Under the pieces are notes generated by a model. The model ran no database searches. It saw only the letters and a program-made list of their open reading frames with translations, and was not told where the DNA came from. Below, piece after piece: positions 49,976 through 59,962 of a stretch of DNA of 64,000 nucleotides. The position numbers and the translations under genes are program-made. Location of the stretch: assembly GCA_045636425.1 (NCBI GenBank), contig JAZTXM010000002.1:2918-66917 (forward strand), in the 5' to 3' direction. The stretch's first letter is position 1; every line of letters begins with the position of its first letter. The DNA comes from Clostridia bacterium. GTDB lineage: Bacteria; Bacillota; Clostridia; UMGS1883.

Positions 49976-51814
49976 TCAGTAATTCTTTCCGAAAAAATAC
50001 TCCTTTATATCCTCTGCGTTCTTAAGGCTGATACCTTTAACTGCCGCCAAATCATTTACCGAGGCGGTTTTTATTTTGCCGATACTTTTAAAATGGGAAA
50101 GCAGAGCTATTCTTTTTTGTTTTCCTATACCCTGAATTTTTTCAAGCTCGCTTTCTATTGTGCTTTTTCTGTGGAGGCTTCTGTGATACTCAATTGCAAA
50201 GCGGTGAACCTCCTCCTGAATATTTGCCACAAGGTTAAACACAGAGCTGACGGGATTAAGATAAACCTCCCCTTTTTCCCCTAAAAGAGAGCGGGTACGG
50301 TGGTTGTCATCCTTGACCATGCCGAAAACGGGGATGTCAATTCCCATTTCATCAAAGAGAGATTTAATTGCGTTAAGCTGTCCCAGGCCTCCGTCAAGCA
50401 GTATTAAATCGGGAAGCTTATCGAATTTTCCGTCACCCCTGCGTTCTTCGTGGGTAAAGCGGCGGAAAAGCACCTCTCTGAGGGATGCGGTATCGTTTGC
50501 ACCTTTCACTGTTTTGATTTTAAAACGGCGGTACTCTTTCCTTGCACTTTTTCCGTTTTCAAATACAATCATTGATGCAACGCTGTCACTTCCCGATATA
50601 TGGGAAATATCATAGGCTTCAATGCGGTCGGGAATTACTTCAAGCCCCAATAGCTCGGATAATGAAGTAACCGATTGCTGCCTGAGCTTTTCCCTGACCT
50701 GCACAGTCTTATAATTCTCAATATTTTTAAGTGCATTATTATATGCCATATCCACCGTCTTTTTATTACCTCCGCGGACAGGAACCTTTATATATGCACG
50801 CTTGCCTCGTTTTTTGGTAAGGTAAGCTTCCACAGCCTCCAAATCGTCTATATAATGAGAAAGCAGTATGGTTTCGGGAATGTAGTTGTCTCGACTGTAA
50901 AAATGCGGCACAAACTCTGTCAGAAGCTGACGTGGCTCCTGATTTACGGAGCTTGATAAATCAAAGCTATCCTGCCCGATAAGCCTTCCTCCCCGAATAT
51001 AGAACACCTCTGCCGAGGAAAGTGAATTCTCCGATGCCACTGCAATTACATCTATATCACCTGTGCTGTCGGTGATAACCTTTTGCCTTTCCCCGAGCCT
51101 TTTTACCGATGCACTGCGGTCACGAAGAAGGGCGGCACGCTCAAATTCAAGGTTTTGGGAAGCCTCACGCATTTCTTCTTCCAATGCCGAAATTACTTCC
51201 TCATCCCTGCCCTCAAGGAAGCCTACAATGCTCTTAAATATTTTTTTATATTCCGATGACGACATATTTCCCTGACAAATACCTCCACACCGCCCCATTG
51301 AATAATAAAGACAGGGGCGTTCCTTTTTTATATCACGAGGAAACAGCTTTCTGCAATGGGGCAAAAGGAAAATATTTTTCAAAAGCTCCATTGTTTCCTT
51401 GATGGAATATCCGCTTGGATAAGGACCGAAATATTTTGCACCATCATTTTCAATTCTGCGTACAAAAAGCATTCGGGGGTATTCCTCGTTCATTGTTATT
51501 TTGATATAGGGGTAGTGCTTATCATCCTTAAGAAGAATATTGTAGCGGGGCTTGTTCTCCTTGATAAGATTTGATTCAAGAACAAGAGCCTCCATTTCAC
51601 TGTCACAGATAATATAATCCAGGTCGTGTATTTTCGATACCATCACCTGTGTCTTAAGACTGTGATTTGCCCCTTTTTGAAAATATTGGCGGACGCGGTT
51701 GCGAAGAATTTTCGCCTTTCCCACATAGATAATCCGTCCCCCTGCATCCTTCATCATATAGACGCCCGGTTTCTGAGGCAATTTATCAAGTTTTTCTTTT
51801 ATAACGTCGTTCAT
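49976..51814 (-). CDS. uvrC: Excinuclease ABC subunit C
   Basis: GIY-YIG (PGVY, YVGKAK), UVR, RIEAYDISH, LDGGLGQ and HhH motifs. Confidence 0.97.
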   Translation of the reverse strand: MNDVIKEKLDKLPQKPGVYMMKDAGGRIIYVGKAKILRNRVRQYFQKGANHSLKTQVMVSKIHDLDYIICDSEMEALVLESNLIKENKPRYNILLKDDKHYPYIKITMNEEYPRMLFVRRIENDGAKYFGPYPSGYSIKETMELLKNIFLLPHCRKLFPRDIKKERPCLYYSMGRCGGICQGNMSSSEYKKIFKSIVGFLEGRDEEVISALEEEMREASQNLEFERAALLRDRSASVKRLGERQKVITDSTGDIDVIAVASENSLSSAEVFYIRGGRLIGQDSFDLSSSVNQEPRQLLTEFVPHFYSRDNYIPETILLSHYIDDLEAVEAYLTKKRGKRAYIKVPVRGGNKKTVDMAYNNALKNIENYKTVQVREKLRQQSVTSLSELLGLEVIPDRIEAYDISHISGSDSVASMIVFENGKSARKEYRRFKIKTVKGANDTASLREVLFRRFTHEERRGDGKFDKLPDLILLDGGLGQLNAIKSLFDEMGIDIPVFGMVKDDNHRTRSLLGEKGEVYLNPVSSVFNLVANIQEEVHRFAIEYHRSLHRKSTIESELEKIQGIGKQKRIALLSHFKSIGKIKTASVNDLAAVKGISLKNAEDIKEYFFGKNY

Positions 51815-51875
51815 AAAGATTTTCCTTTCAAAGACAGAAATAGGCTGTAAAAAGTGATTTTTACAGCCCACTGTT

Positions 51876-53228
51876 TCAAAGTAAGGTCATTGCTATATTT
51901 ACATATATAATCAGTGAAACCGCATCAATTATCGTCGTAATAAACGGACTTGCCATTACTGCCGGGTCAAATCCGATTTTGCTTGCAACCATGGGAAGCA
52001 CACATCCCACGGCTTTTGCCGCTGTAACTGTTGAAAGCAGTGTAAGGCAAATTACCGCTGCCACCGCCGCACTTTGTCCGCTGACAAAAATAAGAAACAG
52101 GAAATTCAGGAGTGCCAGTGTGATTCCGCAAAGAAGTGCCACACGGATTTCCTTCCACACAACCCGTAATACGTCCGAAAATTCAATTTCGCCGATTGAA
52201 AGCCCTCGAATCACCGTAACAGAAGCCTGGCTGCCACAGTTACCTCCCGTAGCCATAAGCATGGGGATACTTGCAATAAGCACGGGAAATCCCGTGAGTG
52301 CATTTTCATAATAGGATATAATTCCCCCTGTAAAGGTTGCGGAAAACATAAGTATGAGAAGCCACGGAATACGGCTTTTGAATATTTCCAAAGCTCCCGT
52401 TTTAAGATATGGCTTTTCAAGGGGCGTGATAGCACCCATCTTTTCAATATCTTCCGTGGTTTCTTCCTGCAAAACATCAATTACGTCATCGATTGTCACA
52501 ATACCCACGAGGCGGTTTTCCTCATCTACAACGGGCATTGCGGAAAAGTCATACTTTACAAAATCCAAGGAAACCTTTTCCCTGTCATCGGTAGTAAGGG
52601 CAGAAATGACGTCCTCGGTCATAATGTCCTTCATAATATCCGTTTCCTCGGCAAGGAGAAGCGTACGAACGGTAACTATACCGATAAGCTTTCGATTGTT
52701 ATCCGTTACATAACAGGTGTTAATGGTTTCTTTATCCACCCCTGTTCTTCTTATCCTTTTTATGGCATCTTCCACCGTCATATCAGGTCTGAGGCTGACA
52801 TACTCGGTAGTCATAATGCTTCCTGCACTGTCCTCAGGATATTTCAAAATTTCATTTATAAGCTTTCTTTTTTCAGGGTCAGCCTGACGTAGTATTCTTT
52901 TCACGACGCTTGCAGGCATTTCTTCAACAAGGTCAACGGCATCATCCACATACAACTCGTCAACCACTTCTTTAAGCTCGCTGTCACTGAAGCTTTGGAT
53001 TAGAAGTTCCTTTTTGTCCTCCTCCATTTGGGAAAAGGTCTCTGCCGCAAGCTCCTTGGGGAGGAGTCTAAATAAAAGCGGCACTTGTTCTTTAGTGCAA
53101 TCACCCAGTACTGCCGCAATGTCGGCGGCGTGCATTGTTTCCATAGCATCACGAACGGAAGCATATTTCTTTCCTTCGATGAGGCACACAAGCATTTCAC
53201 TGAGAACTGCTTCTCTGTTTTCTGACAT
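51876..53228 (-). CDS. mgtE: Magnesium transporter MgtE
   Basis: MgtE_N, CBS pair (SAGSIMT), RIPWL, GGNCGSQ and DPAVMASPFITTIID motifs. Confidence 0.96.
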   Translation of the reverse strand: MSENREAVLSEMLVCLIEGKKYASVRDAMETMHAADIAAVLGDCTKEQVPLLFRLLPKELAAETFSQMEEDKKELLIQSFSDSELKEVVDELYVDDAVDLVEEMPASVVKRILRQADPEKRKLINEILKYPEDSAGSIMTTEYVSLRPDMTVEDAIKRIRRTGVDKETINTCYVTDNNRKLIGIVTVRTLLLAEETDIMKDIMTEDVISALTTDDREKVSLDFVKYDFSAMPVVDEENRLVGIVTIDDVIDVLQEETTEDIEKMGAITPLEKPYLKTGALEIFKSRIPWLLILMFSATFTGGIISYYENALTGFPVLIASIPMLMATGGNCGSQASVTVIRGLSIGEIEFSDVLRVVWKEIRVALLCGITLALLNFLFLIFVSGQSAAVAAVICLTLLSTVTAAKAVGCVLPMVASKIGFDPAVMASPFITTIIDAVSLIIYVNIAMTLL

Positions 53229-53362
53229 AAAAATCCCTCATTTCATCAAATTTGAAAATTATGAGGGACAAAGGGTGCCTATAACTGCGAAAAATGGACG
53301 CAGTCAGGCATACTTCGTCCGATTTTACTACTTCCTCCTGCGTCCATTCTTCTCACCTCTTT
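53229..53362 (-). promoter_or_regulatory. mgtE leader with alternative hairpins
   Basis: AATGGACGCAG/CTGCGTCCATT competes with TGCCTGACTGCG/CGCAGTTATAGGCA; TCCCTCAT/ATGAGGGA masks the mgtE RBS. Confidence 0.65.
53279..53347 (-). CDS. Putative leader peptide upstream of mgtE (22 aa)
   Basis: GAGGTG RBS 6 nt before ATG; translates MDAGGSSKIGRSMPDCVHFSQL*. Confidence 0.55.
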   Translation of the reverse strand: MDAGGSSKIGRSMPDCVHFSQL

Positions 53363-53386
53363 TTTAATATCATTAGATTCATTTTA

Positions 53387-53614
53387 TCATAAATTTTTCT
53401 TTTTTTCAAACAGTTTATTCATTTTTTCAGAAATTCGTTTTTTTCTTTCGAGGGTTTCCCGTTCATCAATAAGGAACACTCCGTTTTCCTCTGTTAATAC
53501 GTCCCCTCTTTGAACATAGGGCAAAAGCTCTCTTTTTATATCTATGCTTCCGCCTGTTTCCTTTTCCAAAACAACATATTCTTCCTGAAATCTGTCTACA
53601 ATATACTTTTCCAT
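53387..53614 (-). CDS. DUF3006 family protein
   Basis: YIVDRFQEEYVVLE...LP...GDVL...ETLERKKRI pattern. Confidence 0.85.
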   Translation of the reverse strand: MEKYIVDRFQEEYVVLEKETGGSIDIKRELLPYVQRGDVLTEENGVFLIDERETLERKKRISEKMNKLFEKKKNL

Positions 53615-53619
53615 AACAA

Positions 53620-54648
53620 TCACCTTGTATGCTGTGCAAAGGTTTCACTGAATATATGGCTTCCGTCATTTTTCTGTGTATCGGTATGATAGTACAAATA
53701 ATTATGCTTCTCAGGCTGCATTGCCGCTTCTATAGAGCTCAGTCCCGGACTACATATTGCACCTATGGGAAGTCCCGGATATTTATATGTGTTATACGGC
53801 GAATCAACCTCTAAATCCTTGTAAAGAACTCTGTCCACATCATACATACCATCTGAAATTGCATAGACAACTGAGGCATCAATCTGCAGAAGCATTCCCT
53901 CATCGATTCGGTTTTGTATAACGCCTGAAATAACTCTGCGTTCACCTGAGAGCTTCGCCTCTCTTTCAATAAGGGACGCACGGATAATCACTTCGTTCAT
54001 CGTCATATTATCGGGCTTTTTACTCTTTATTTTATCATACTGCTTTTCAAACTCACCTAAAAGTGTGTCTATAACCACATACGCATCAGCATCCGTATCA
54101 AAATAATGGGTGCTGGGGAACAAATACCCTTCAAGCTTATAACGAACGCCCTTTTTTTCGGGAATATCCGATATAAAGCCGTAGTTAAAGTCTCCCTCTT
54201 TTAAAGCCTTTAAAAATTCTTCCTTGCTGCAAAGCTTTTTCCTTTCGCACTCTGCTGCAATTTTCTCTGCACTCCATCCTTCGGGGATAGTAAGCTTAAT
54301 ACTCTCTGCAAGGGTTGCGGGTTTTGAAAGTGTACGGAGAATATCATCGAGGCACATTTCCTTATACAGTGTATACACGCCGTAATTAAGCTTACCGCGA
54401 TAGGGAGAATTATACATCTTTATACGGAAAGAAATCTCATAATTAATTACTCCGTTTTCCTTGAGAATACTTGCTATTTTCTTCTCTGACGCTCCCATGG
54501 GGATTTCCACATTAACAGAAACCTCGGAAGAATCATCTCTTGTATATTCCATATACACAGGGAGAGTAACTACTGCAAGCAGTGCTGCTGTAAGCAAAAT
54601 CGCTGCCGCAAAAATTTTTGACATAATTTTTTTGTTTTTTCTGCTCAT
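53620..54648 (-). CDS. mltG: Endolytic transglycosylase MltG (YceG-like)
   Basis: TIPEG, LEGYLFPSTH, ASLIERE, SPYNTY and GLPIGAICSPG motifs. Confidence 0.93.
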   Translation of the reverse strand: MSRKNKKIMSKIFAAAILLTAALLAVVTLPVYMEYTRDDSSEVSVNVEIPMGASEKKIASILKENGVINYEISFRIKMYNSPYRGKLNYGVYTLYKEMCLDDILRTLSKPATLAESIKLTIPEGWSAEKIAAECERKKLCSKEEFLKALKEGDFNYGFISDIPEKKGVRYKLEGYLFPSTHYFDTDADAYVVIDTLLGEFEKQYDKIKSKKPDNMTMNEVIIRASLIEREAKLSGERRVISGVIQNRIDEGMLLQIDASVVYAISDGMYDVDRVLYKDLEVDSPYNTYKYPGLPIGAICSPGLSSIEAAMQPEKHNYLYYHTDTQKNDGSHIFSETFAQHTR

Positions 54649-54715
54649 TCGTAATCTTCTCCTTTAAGATAAGGCTTGTCATTATACAGTTTAAGATAAA
54701 AAAACCCGCAAAGAC

Positions 54716-55462
54716 TTAAGCTTCACGGGTTTGAGAATTTCCTGCAAATTTTTCAGCGATAAACATTACATTTGAAATTTCGTCCAGACTGGCTTTAAGC
54801 TGTGGATGTATGTCTTCATTATAAGAAATACCTGCAATCAAGCTGCCTTCGTAAGAAAGCTTCTCTCTACTCAGCAGAACACATCCGATGGGATTGCCGT
54901 GGCGTCTTGAATAACGCTCTACAAGGCTTTCCACATCCTCAGCTATAACCTGACCTTCGGCATATCCGCCGAATCCAAACGATTCCGAATAATATGCAAT
55001 ACCATTCACCATCTTATATATTACAAGGGCATGACCTGCACCGGGATAACGTGCACTGTAGCCCGACTGTATGGGGAAAGTGAGCACAATATTACTAAGA
55101 TTATCTCCATAGTTATCAGTAAGCTTTTTCATACAGTCGCTGCCGCTCTCACGGTATACATAATATCCTCCGCTTGTTACAGCTACGTTTTCAAAATTTG
55201 AATACCACTGATTCCCGTTTCCGTGAAAATCAAACTTATTATCAAATATACCCATTGCTCTGAGCTGACACCGAACATACGTACCGCAATATCCGTTGAA
55301 GCTGCGATTTCCGAAATATGAACGTGCTTCTTGGTAAATTACGCTTCCGTAACTTTCAAGTTCTGTGGGAACAGGGTAATTTTCTGAGTGTACCGGGCTT
55401 ATTGCTATAAACATCATAAGTGCCAAAACAAATATAGTTTTACATTTTTTTATTACAAACAT
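54716..55462 (-). CDS. Secreted CHAP-like cysteine amidase candidate
   Basis: Signal peptide; NGYCGTYV...GNGNQW...AGHALVI...YYSES resembles the CHAP Cys-His-Glu arrangement. Confidence 0.55.
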   Translation of the reverse strand: MFVIKKCKTIFVLALMMFIAISPVHSENYPVPTELESYGSVIYQEARSYFGNRSFNGYCGTYVRCQLRAMGIFDNKFDFHGNGNQWYSNFENVAVTSGGYYVYRESGSDCMKKLTDNYGDNLSNIVLTFPIQSGYSARYPGAGHALVIYKMVNGIAYYSESFGFGGYAEGQVIAEDVESLVERYSRRHGNPIGCVLLSREKLSYEGSLIAGISYNEDIHPQLKASLDEISNVMFIAEKFAGNSQTREA

Positions 55463-55584
55463 ACTTGCTCTCCTTGTTTCCAACAACTTCCTGTATTCTA
55501 ACACATTTTTGTAACAATTGCAAGTGTTTTTGTAATATTTTTTAATATTTCTTAATACTTTTTTAATATTTTATGCTTTTGTCT

Positions 55585-57465
55585 TTATACAGCCACGTTC
55601 TTTTCAAACCAATCAATCATTTCGTCGTACATGGGAACGTCACAATTGATGCCGTCTCTGAGCCTATATATTTCCTCGATAAGTGCTTTCACTTCATTTA
55701 TGGGCTGTTCAATATATATTTTATCATGCTTGGTTGATGTATGCCGCTGCTTATCCAGAAGAAGCTCCTCGTACATTTTTTCACCCGGACGAAGTCCCGA
55801 AAATTCAATCTTAATGTCAACATCAGGAACATAGCCGCTAAGCTCAATAAGATTTTTTGCCAGGTCTACAATTTTTACAGGTTCACCCATATCAAGAATA
55901 AATATTTCGCCACCCTCGGCAAAAGCACCTGCTTGCATAACAAGCTGTGCCGCCTCGGGAATGGTCATGAAGAAACGATTTATCTCAGGGTGGGTTACAG
56001 TAACGGGGCCGCCCTCGCTGATTTGCTTTTTAAACAGAGGAATAACACTACCGTTACTTCCCAGAACATTACCGAATCTTACCGCGGCAAAAATCGTCTT
56101 TCCGCCTTCTTTTTTCTGTTTAAGTGCAAAACGCTGCATAACCATTTCCGCAATACGCTTACTTGTTCCCATAATATTTGTGGGATTTACTGCCTTATCC
56201 GTAGAAATAAGAACGAATCTTTCAACATTAAACTTTTCACACGTAGAGGCAACGTTATAGGTTCCGTAAATATTATTTTTAATCGCCTCGTTGGGGCTGT
56301 CCTCCATGAGAGGAACATGCTTATGAGCCGCCGCATGGAACACAACCTTGGGTTTATATGTGCTGAAAACTTCCTCCAGCCTTGCCCTGTCACGGACACT
56401 ACCTATAAGCACCTCAAACTTAAGCTCGGGATATTTCTTCCTAAGCTCCATCTGAAGCTCGTATGCGTTATTCTCGTAGATATCAAAGATAATAAGGCGT
56501 TTGGGATTAAACCTTGCTATCTGACGACAAAGCTCACTACCGATACTTCCGCCGCCACCTGTTACAACAACTGTTTTTTGCTCTATGTATCCGAAAATAT
56601 CCTTTCCGTCTACTATTTCCTCGTTTCTACCCAGAAGCTCCTGGGTAGTTACCTCACGAATCTGTCCTATGCTTGCCCTTCCGCTTGCCAGTTCAAAAAG
56701 AGAGGGCACCGTAGAGGTTTTAATGCCGGCTTCTTTGCATATACGCATAATGTCTTTATGTTCATCGGATTTACCCGAAGGAATGGCAATTATGATTTCC
56801 TGCACCCTATATTCCTTTGCCGCGGAAATAATTTTATTTCTTCCTCCGACAACAGGTACTTCCGCAACCAGCATACCATGCTTTCTTTCGTCATCATCAA
56901 TGGCAACAACGGCACGCATTTTTGTATCACGGCGCATACTTCTTATGAGAGCACTTCCGGTATCCCCCGCTCCGATAACCATCACACGGGATTTCTGCGA
57001 ATTTTCACGACGCTCCCGCCTGCTTACACCGTAAATTCTTATCATTCTGCCTAAGAATCTTGCAATTGTAAATCCAAAAGAGCATATCAGGGATATCAAA
57101 ATATAATCGGAAAATGTAAATAATGTTTCATACATAACTATTATATTACAAAGTGCATATGTAAGAAGATTTGCCGCAAATATGCCTATGTACATTATTA
57201 TGTACTCGCGATACTCCGCATACCGCCATGAAGTCGCATAGCTCCCCGACAGTCCCAGCACGGAATATGTGGCGAGGCACAAAACTATAAGTTCCTTATA
57301 CTTCCCCAAATAAAATTCTATGGGATCGGTTTTCAGGGAATTAAGTCTGAGAACATGTGCAAGCCAAGCCGCCAATACAAGCACTACCGTATCGCACAGC
57401 ACAAGCATGAGAACCCTTCTGAAATTATTCATTTGCAGTGGCTTCGTATATCTTTTCTTCAGCAT
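55585..57465 (-). CDS. CapD/PglF-like nucleoside-diphosphate sugar 4,6-dehydratase
   Basis: Four N-terminal TM segments; TGGGGSIGSE, HAAAHKHVP, STDKAVNPTN, RFGNVLGS and RPGEK motifs. Confidence 0.93.
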   Translation of the reverse strand: MLKKRYTKPLQMNNFRRVLMLVLCDTVVLVLAAWLAHVLRLNSLKTDPIEFYLGKYKELIVLCLATYSVLGLSGSYATSWRYAEYREYIIMYIGIFAANLLTYALCNIIVMYETLFTFSDYILISLICSFGFTIARFLGRMIRIYGVSRRERRENSQKSRVMVIGAGDTGSALIRSMRRDTKMRAVVAIDDDERKHGMLVAEVPVVGGRNKIISAAKEYRVQEIIIAIPSGKSDEHKDIMRICKEAGIKTSTVPSLFELASGRASIGQIREVTTQELLGRNEEIVDGKDIFGYIEQKTVVVTGGGGSIGSELCRQIARFNPKRLIIFDIYENNAYELQMELRKKYPELKFEVLIGSVRDRARLEEVFSTYKPKVVFHAAAHKHVPLMEDSPNEAIKNNIYGTYNVASTCEKFNVERFVLISTDKAVNPTNIMGTSKRIAEMVMQRFALKQKKEGGKTIFAAVRFGNVLGSNGSVIPLFKKQISEGGPVTVTHPEINRFFMTIPEAAQLVMQAGAFAEGGEIFILDMGEPVKIVDLAKNLIELSGYVPDVDIKIEFSGLRPGEKMYEELLLDKQRHTSTKHDKIYIEQPINEVKALIEEIYRLRDGINCDVPMYDEMIDWFEKNVAV

Positions 57466-57535
57466 AAATCTTCTCCTATATATTAAGCATTCCTTTTTAT
57501 TCTACCCTATTTGGGCATAAATGTCAATAAAAAGA

Positions 57536-57573
57536 GCTATGGCAAAATGATTTTTTGTTCATTTTGCCATAGC
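57536..57573 (-). terminator. Terminator after pheT
   Basis: GCTATGGCAAAATGA...TCATTTTGCCATAGC with a T tract on the minus strand. Confidence 0.75.
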
Positions 57574-57586
57574 CTTTGTAGAACCT

Positions 57587-59947
57587 TTATACTCTGGGGG
57601 TTACGCCTATTTTGTTGAAGTTTGCAATAATTTTGTCAATGTGCTGCTGAATTTCTTCCATGGAAAGAGTTCTTTCATTGGAGGAGAATGCAAATCTCAA
57701 AGTTATTGACATCTCGCCCTGAAGCTCATATGTGTCTACGAGCTTTACTGTGTCAAGCTCGGGAATTTCTTCGTTTTCCCATGCAGCGGCAATTTCCTCA
57801 TATTTTTTGCCGTTTGTCACAAGAGAAAGGTCGTAATCAACTCCGGGGAATTTTGAAGGCTCGTTAAACTTAAGAGGCATAGCCTTTGCGTTCTCAAAAT
57901 CTGCCATGTCAATTTCAATACATACAACCGCCGCATTCTTATCAACCTTCTTAAGATTTGAGGGATGGAGAGTGCAAAGAACACCGATTTTCTGCCCGTT
58001 TACAGAGATTTCGGAGGTATTCTTTGGATGCTGCCAATTATACATTGGTGTAATTCTTGTAAACTGCGGCTCGCTATGACGAAGCTGCATGGTGATATAT
58101 CGGATAATTTCCACAGCTTTAAAATAAAGCTCTTTCTCGCTTGCGGTTTTGTCAAAGAGGGTGATTCCAAGTCTCTGTCTTTCATCACAAATATTTTCTG
58201 CCGTTACTCCGGCTACCACTCTGCCGATTTCAAAAAGGCCGTATGAAGGTGCATACTGCTTGTTCTCATATGCAAAGGTAAGAAGTGTGGGAAGCATGCT
58301 CTTACGAATTGTACCATTTTCGGGAGTTGCAATGTTAAGAATGGTAACGTTTTCGGGAACTTCAATGCCCAGCTTCTTATATTTGTTACCGTCGCACCAG
58401 ATATAAGAATGAACCTCGTTCATCATATAACGCTGAACCAAAATATCCTTAATAAGCTCACTGTCACGGTGCATAACGGTTTCTCTCACAGGAGAGAGTG
58501 CACTTCTTGTTGTGGTGATTTCAAAGTTATCATATCCGTAAATACGGGTAATTTCCTCTATAACGTCAGCCTTGATTGTAACGTCCTTTGTAGCTCTCCA
58601 ACTAGGAACGGTTACGCTGAACTCTGCACCGTTAAGCTTTGCATTAAAGCCTAAAAGATTAAGAGTTGAAAGGATTTGCTCATCAGGAATATCAATACCT
58701 GTGTATCTGTCAACATACGCCTTTGTAAATGAAAGGTTGATTTCATCATATTTTTTAGTATACTCGTCTGTAATTTGAGACGATACCTTTGCCCCGGGAT
58801 CAATTTCAAGAAGAAGATTGAGGAATCTCTTAATTGCGGTAATTGTAATTTCGGGGTCAAGAATCTTCTCGTAACGCATACTTGCATCAGTACGAAGTCC
58901 CAGTCTTGAGGACGACTTACGGACACTTACTCCGTCAAAGTTTGCACTTTCAAGAACTACAGAGGTAGTTCCGTCTACAATTTCGGAATCAAGACCTCCC
59001 ATGATACCTGCAATGGCAACGGGGGTATCATTGTTATATATAAGAAGCGTATCAGTATCAATATCTCTCTCCACTGTGTCAAGAGTTGTAAACTTCATTG
59101 CCTTGTCGGGTGTTCCAACCTTGATTGCTTCAATCTTTCTTGCATCAAATGCATGTGTGGGCTGTCCAAGCTCCAGCATGATATAGTTTGTAAGGTCTGC
59201 AAGCAGATTAATTCCACGCATACCGCAGTAGTAAAGGCGAATACGCATATTCATGGGGCTTACGCTTTCTTTGATGTCGGACACCTCGATACAGGAATAT
59301 CTGTAAACAAGGTCCTCTCTTGTAACCTTTACGGGGATTTTATTATCGCCGTCATATACAGGCTCCGTAAGAGAAAGAGGCTTAAGAGGCTTTTTGGTAA
59401 GTGCGGCAAACTCACGTGCAATGCCGTAATGTCCCCAAAGGTCAGGACGATTCGTAAGAGATTTGTTATCAACCTCGAAAACCACGTCATCAATATCAAA
59501 AATTTCTTTAAGGTCTGTTCCGTTCTTAAAGGAGGGGTCAAGCTCCATGATTCCGCTGTTTTCATCGCTCAGCCCAAGCTCTGCTTCGCTGCAGCACATA
59601 CCCTCGGAAACATAGCCTGCCACTTCCCTTTTCGCAATCTCAAGTCCGGGAACACTGCCCCCAACCTTTGCAAAAGCTGTCTTAAGACCGAGCCTTGCGT
59701 TGGGTGCACCGCATACGCAGTCATAAATTCTGTCTCCGCCGTCCACTTTGAGGATGTGAAGCTTTTTGGAATTGGGGTGTGCTTCAAAGGAAACAATCTC
59801 ACCAACAACTACATTTTTTACTTCCTCACCTTTTATATAAATATCCTCAACCTCTGCGGTAGAAAGAGTAAACTTCATAATAAGCTTCTGAAGGTCCTCC
59901 CCTGTAAGGTCAACATATTCTTTTATCCAATTCATTGAAACAAGCAT
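57587..59947 (-). CDS. pheT: Phenylalanine--tRNA ligase beta subunit
   Basis: OB fold (CGAPN), NRPDL, B3/4, B5 (VPSWR...DVIEEITRIYGY) and FDX-ACB domains. Confidence 0.97.
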   Translation of the reverse strand: MLVSMNWIKEYVDLTGEDLQKLIMKFTLSTAEVEDIYIKGEEVKNVVVGEIVSFEAHPNSKKLHILKVDGGDRIYDCVCGAPNARLGLKTAFAKVGGSVPGLEIAKREVAGYVSEGMCCSEAELGLSDENSGIMELDPSFKNGTDLKEIFDIDDVVFEVDNKSLTNRPDLWGHYGIAREFAALTKKPLKPLSLTEPVYDGDNKIPVKVTREDLVYRYSCIEVSDIKESVSPMNMRIRLYYCGMRGINLLADLTNYIMLELGQPTHAFDARKIEAIKVGTPDKAMKFTTLDTVERDIDTDTLLIYNNDTPVAIAGIMGGLDSEIVDGTTSVVLESANFDGVSVRKSSSRLGLRTDASMRYEKILDPEITITAIKRFLNLLLEIDPGAKVSSQITDEYTKKYDEINLSFTKAYVDRYTGIDIPDEQILSTLNLLGFNAKLNGAEFSVTVPSWRATKDVTIKADVIEEITRIYGYDNFEITTTRSALSPVRETVMHRDSELIKDILVQRYMMNEVHSYIWCDGNKYKKLGIEVPENVTILNIATPENGTIRKSMLPTLLTFAYENKQYAPSYGLFEIGRVVAGVTAENICDERQRLGITLFDKTASEKELYFKAVEIIRYITMQLRHSEPQFTRITPMYNWQHPKNTSEISVNGQKIGVLCTLHPSNLKKVDKNAAVVCIEIDMADFENAKAMPLKFNEPSKFPGVDYDLSLVTNGKKYEEIAAAWENEEIPELDTVKLVDTYELQGEMSITLRFAFSSNERTLSMEEIQQHIDKIIANFNKIGVTPRV

Positions 59948-59962
59948 TTTTGTTCTGCCCCC

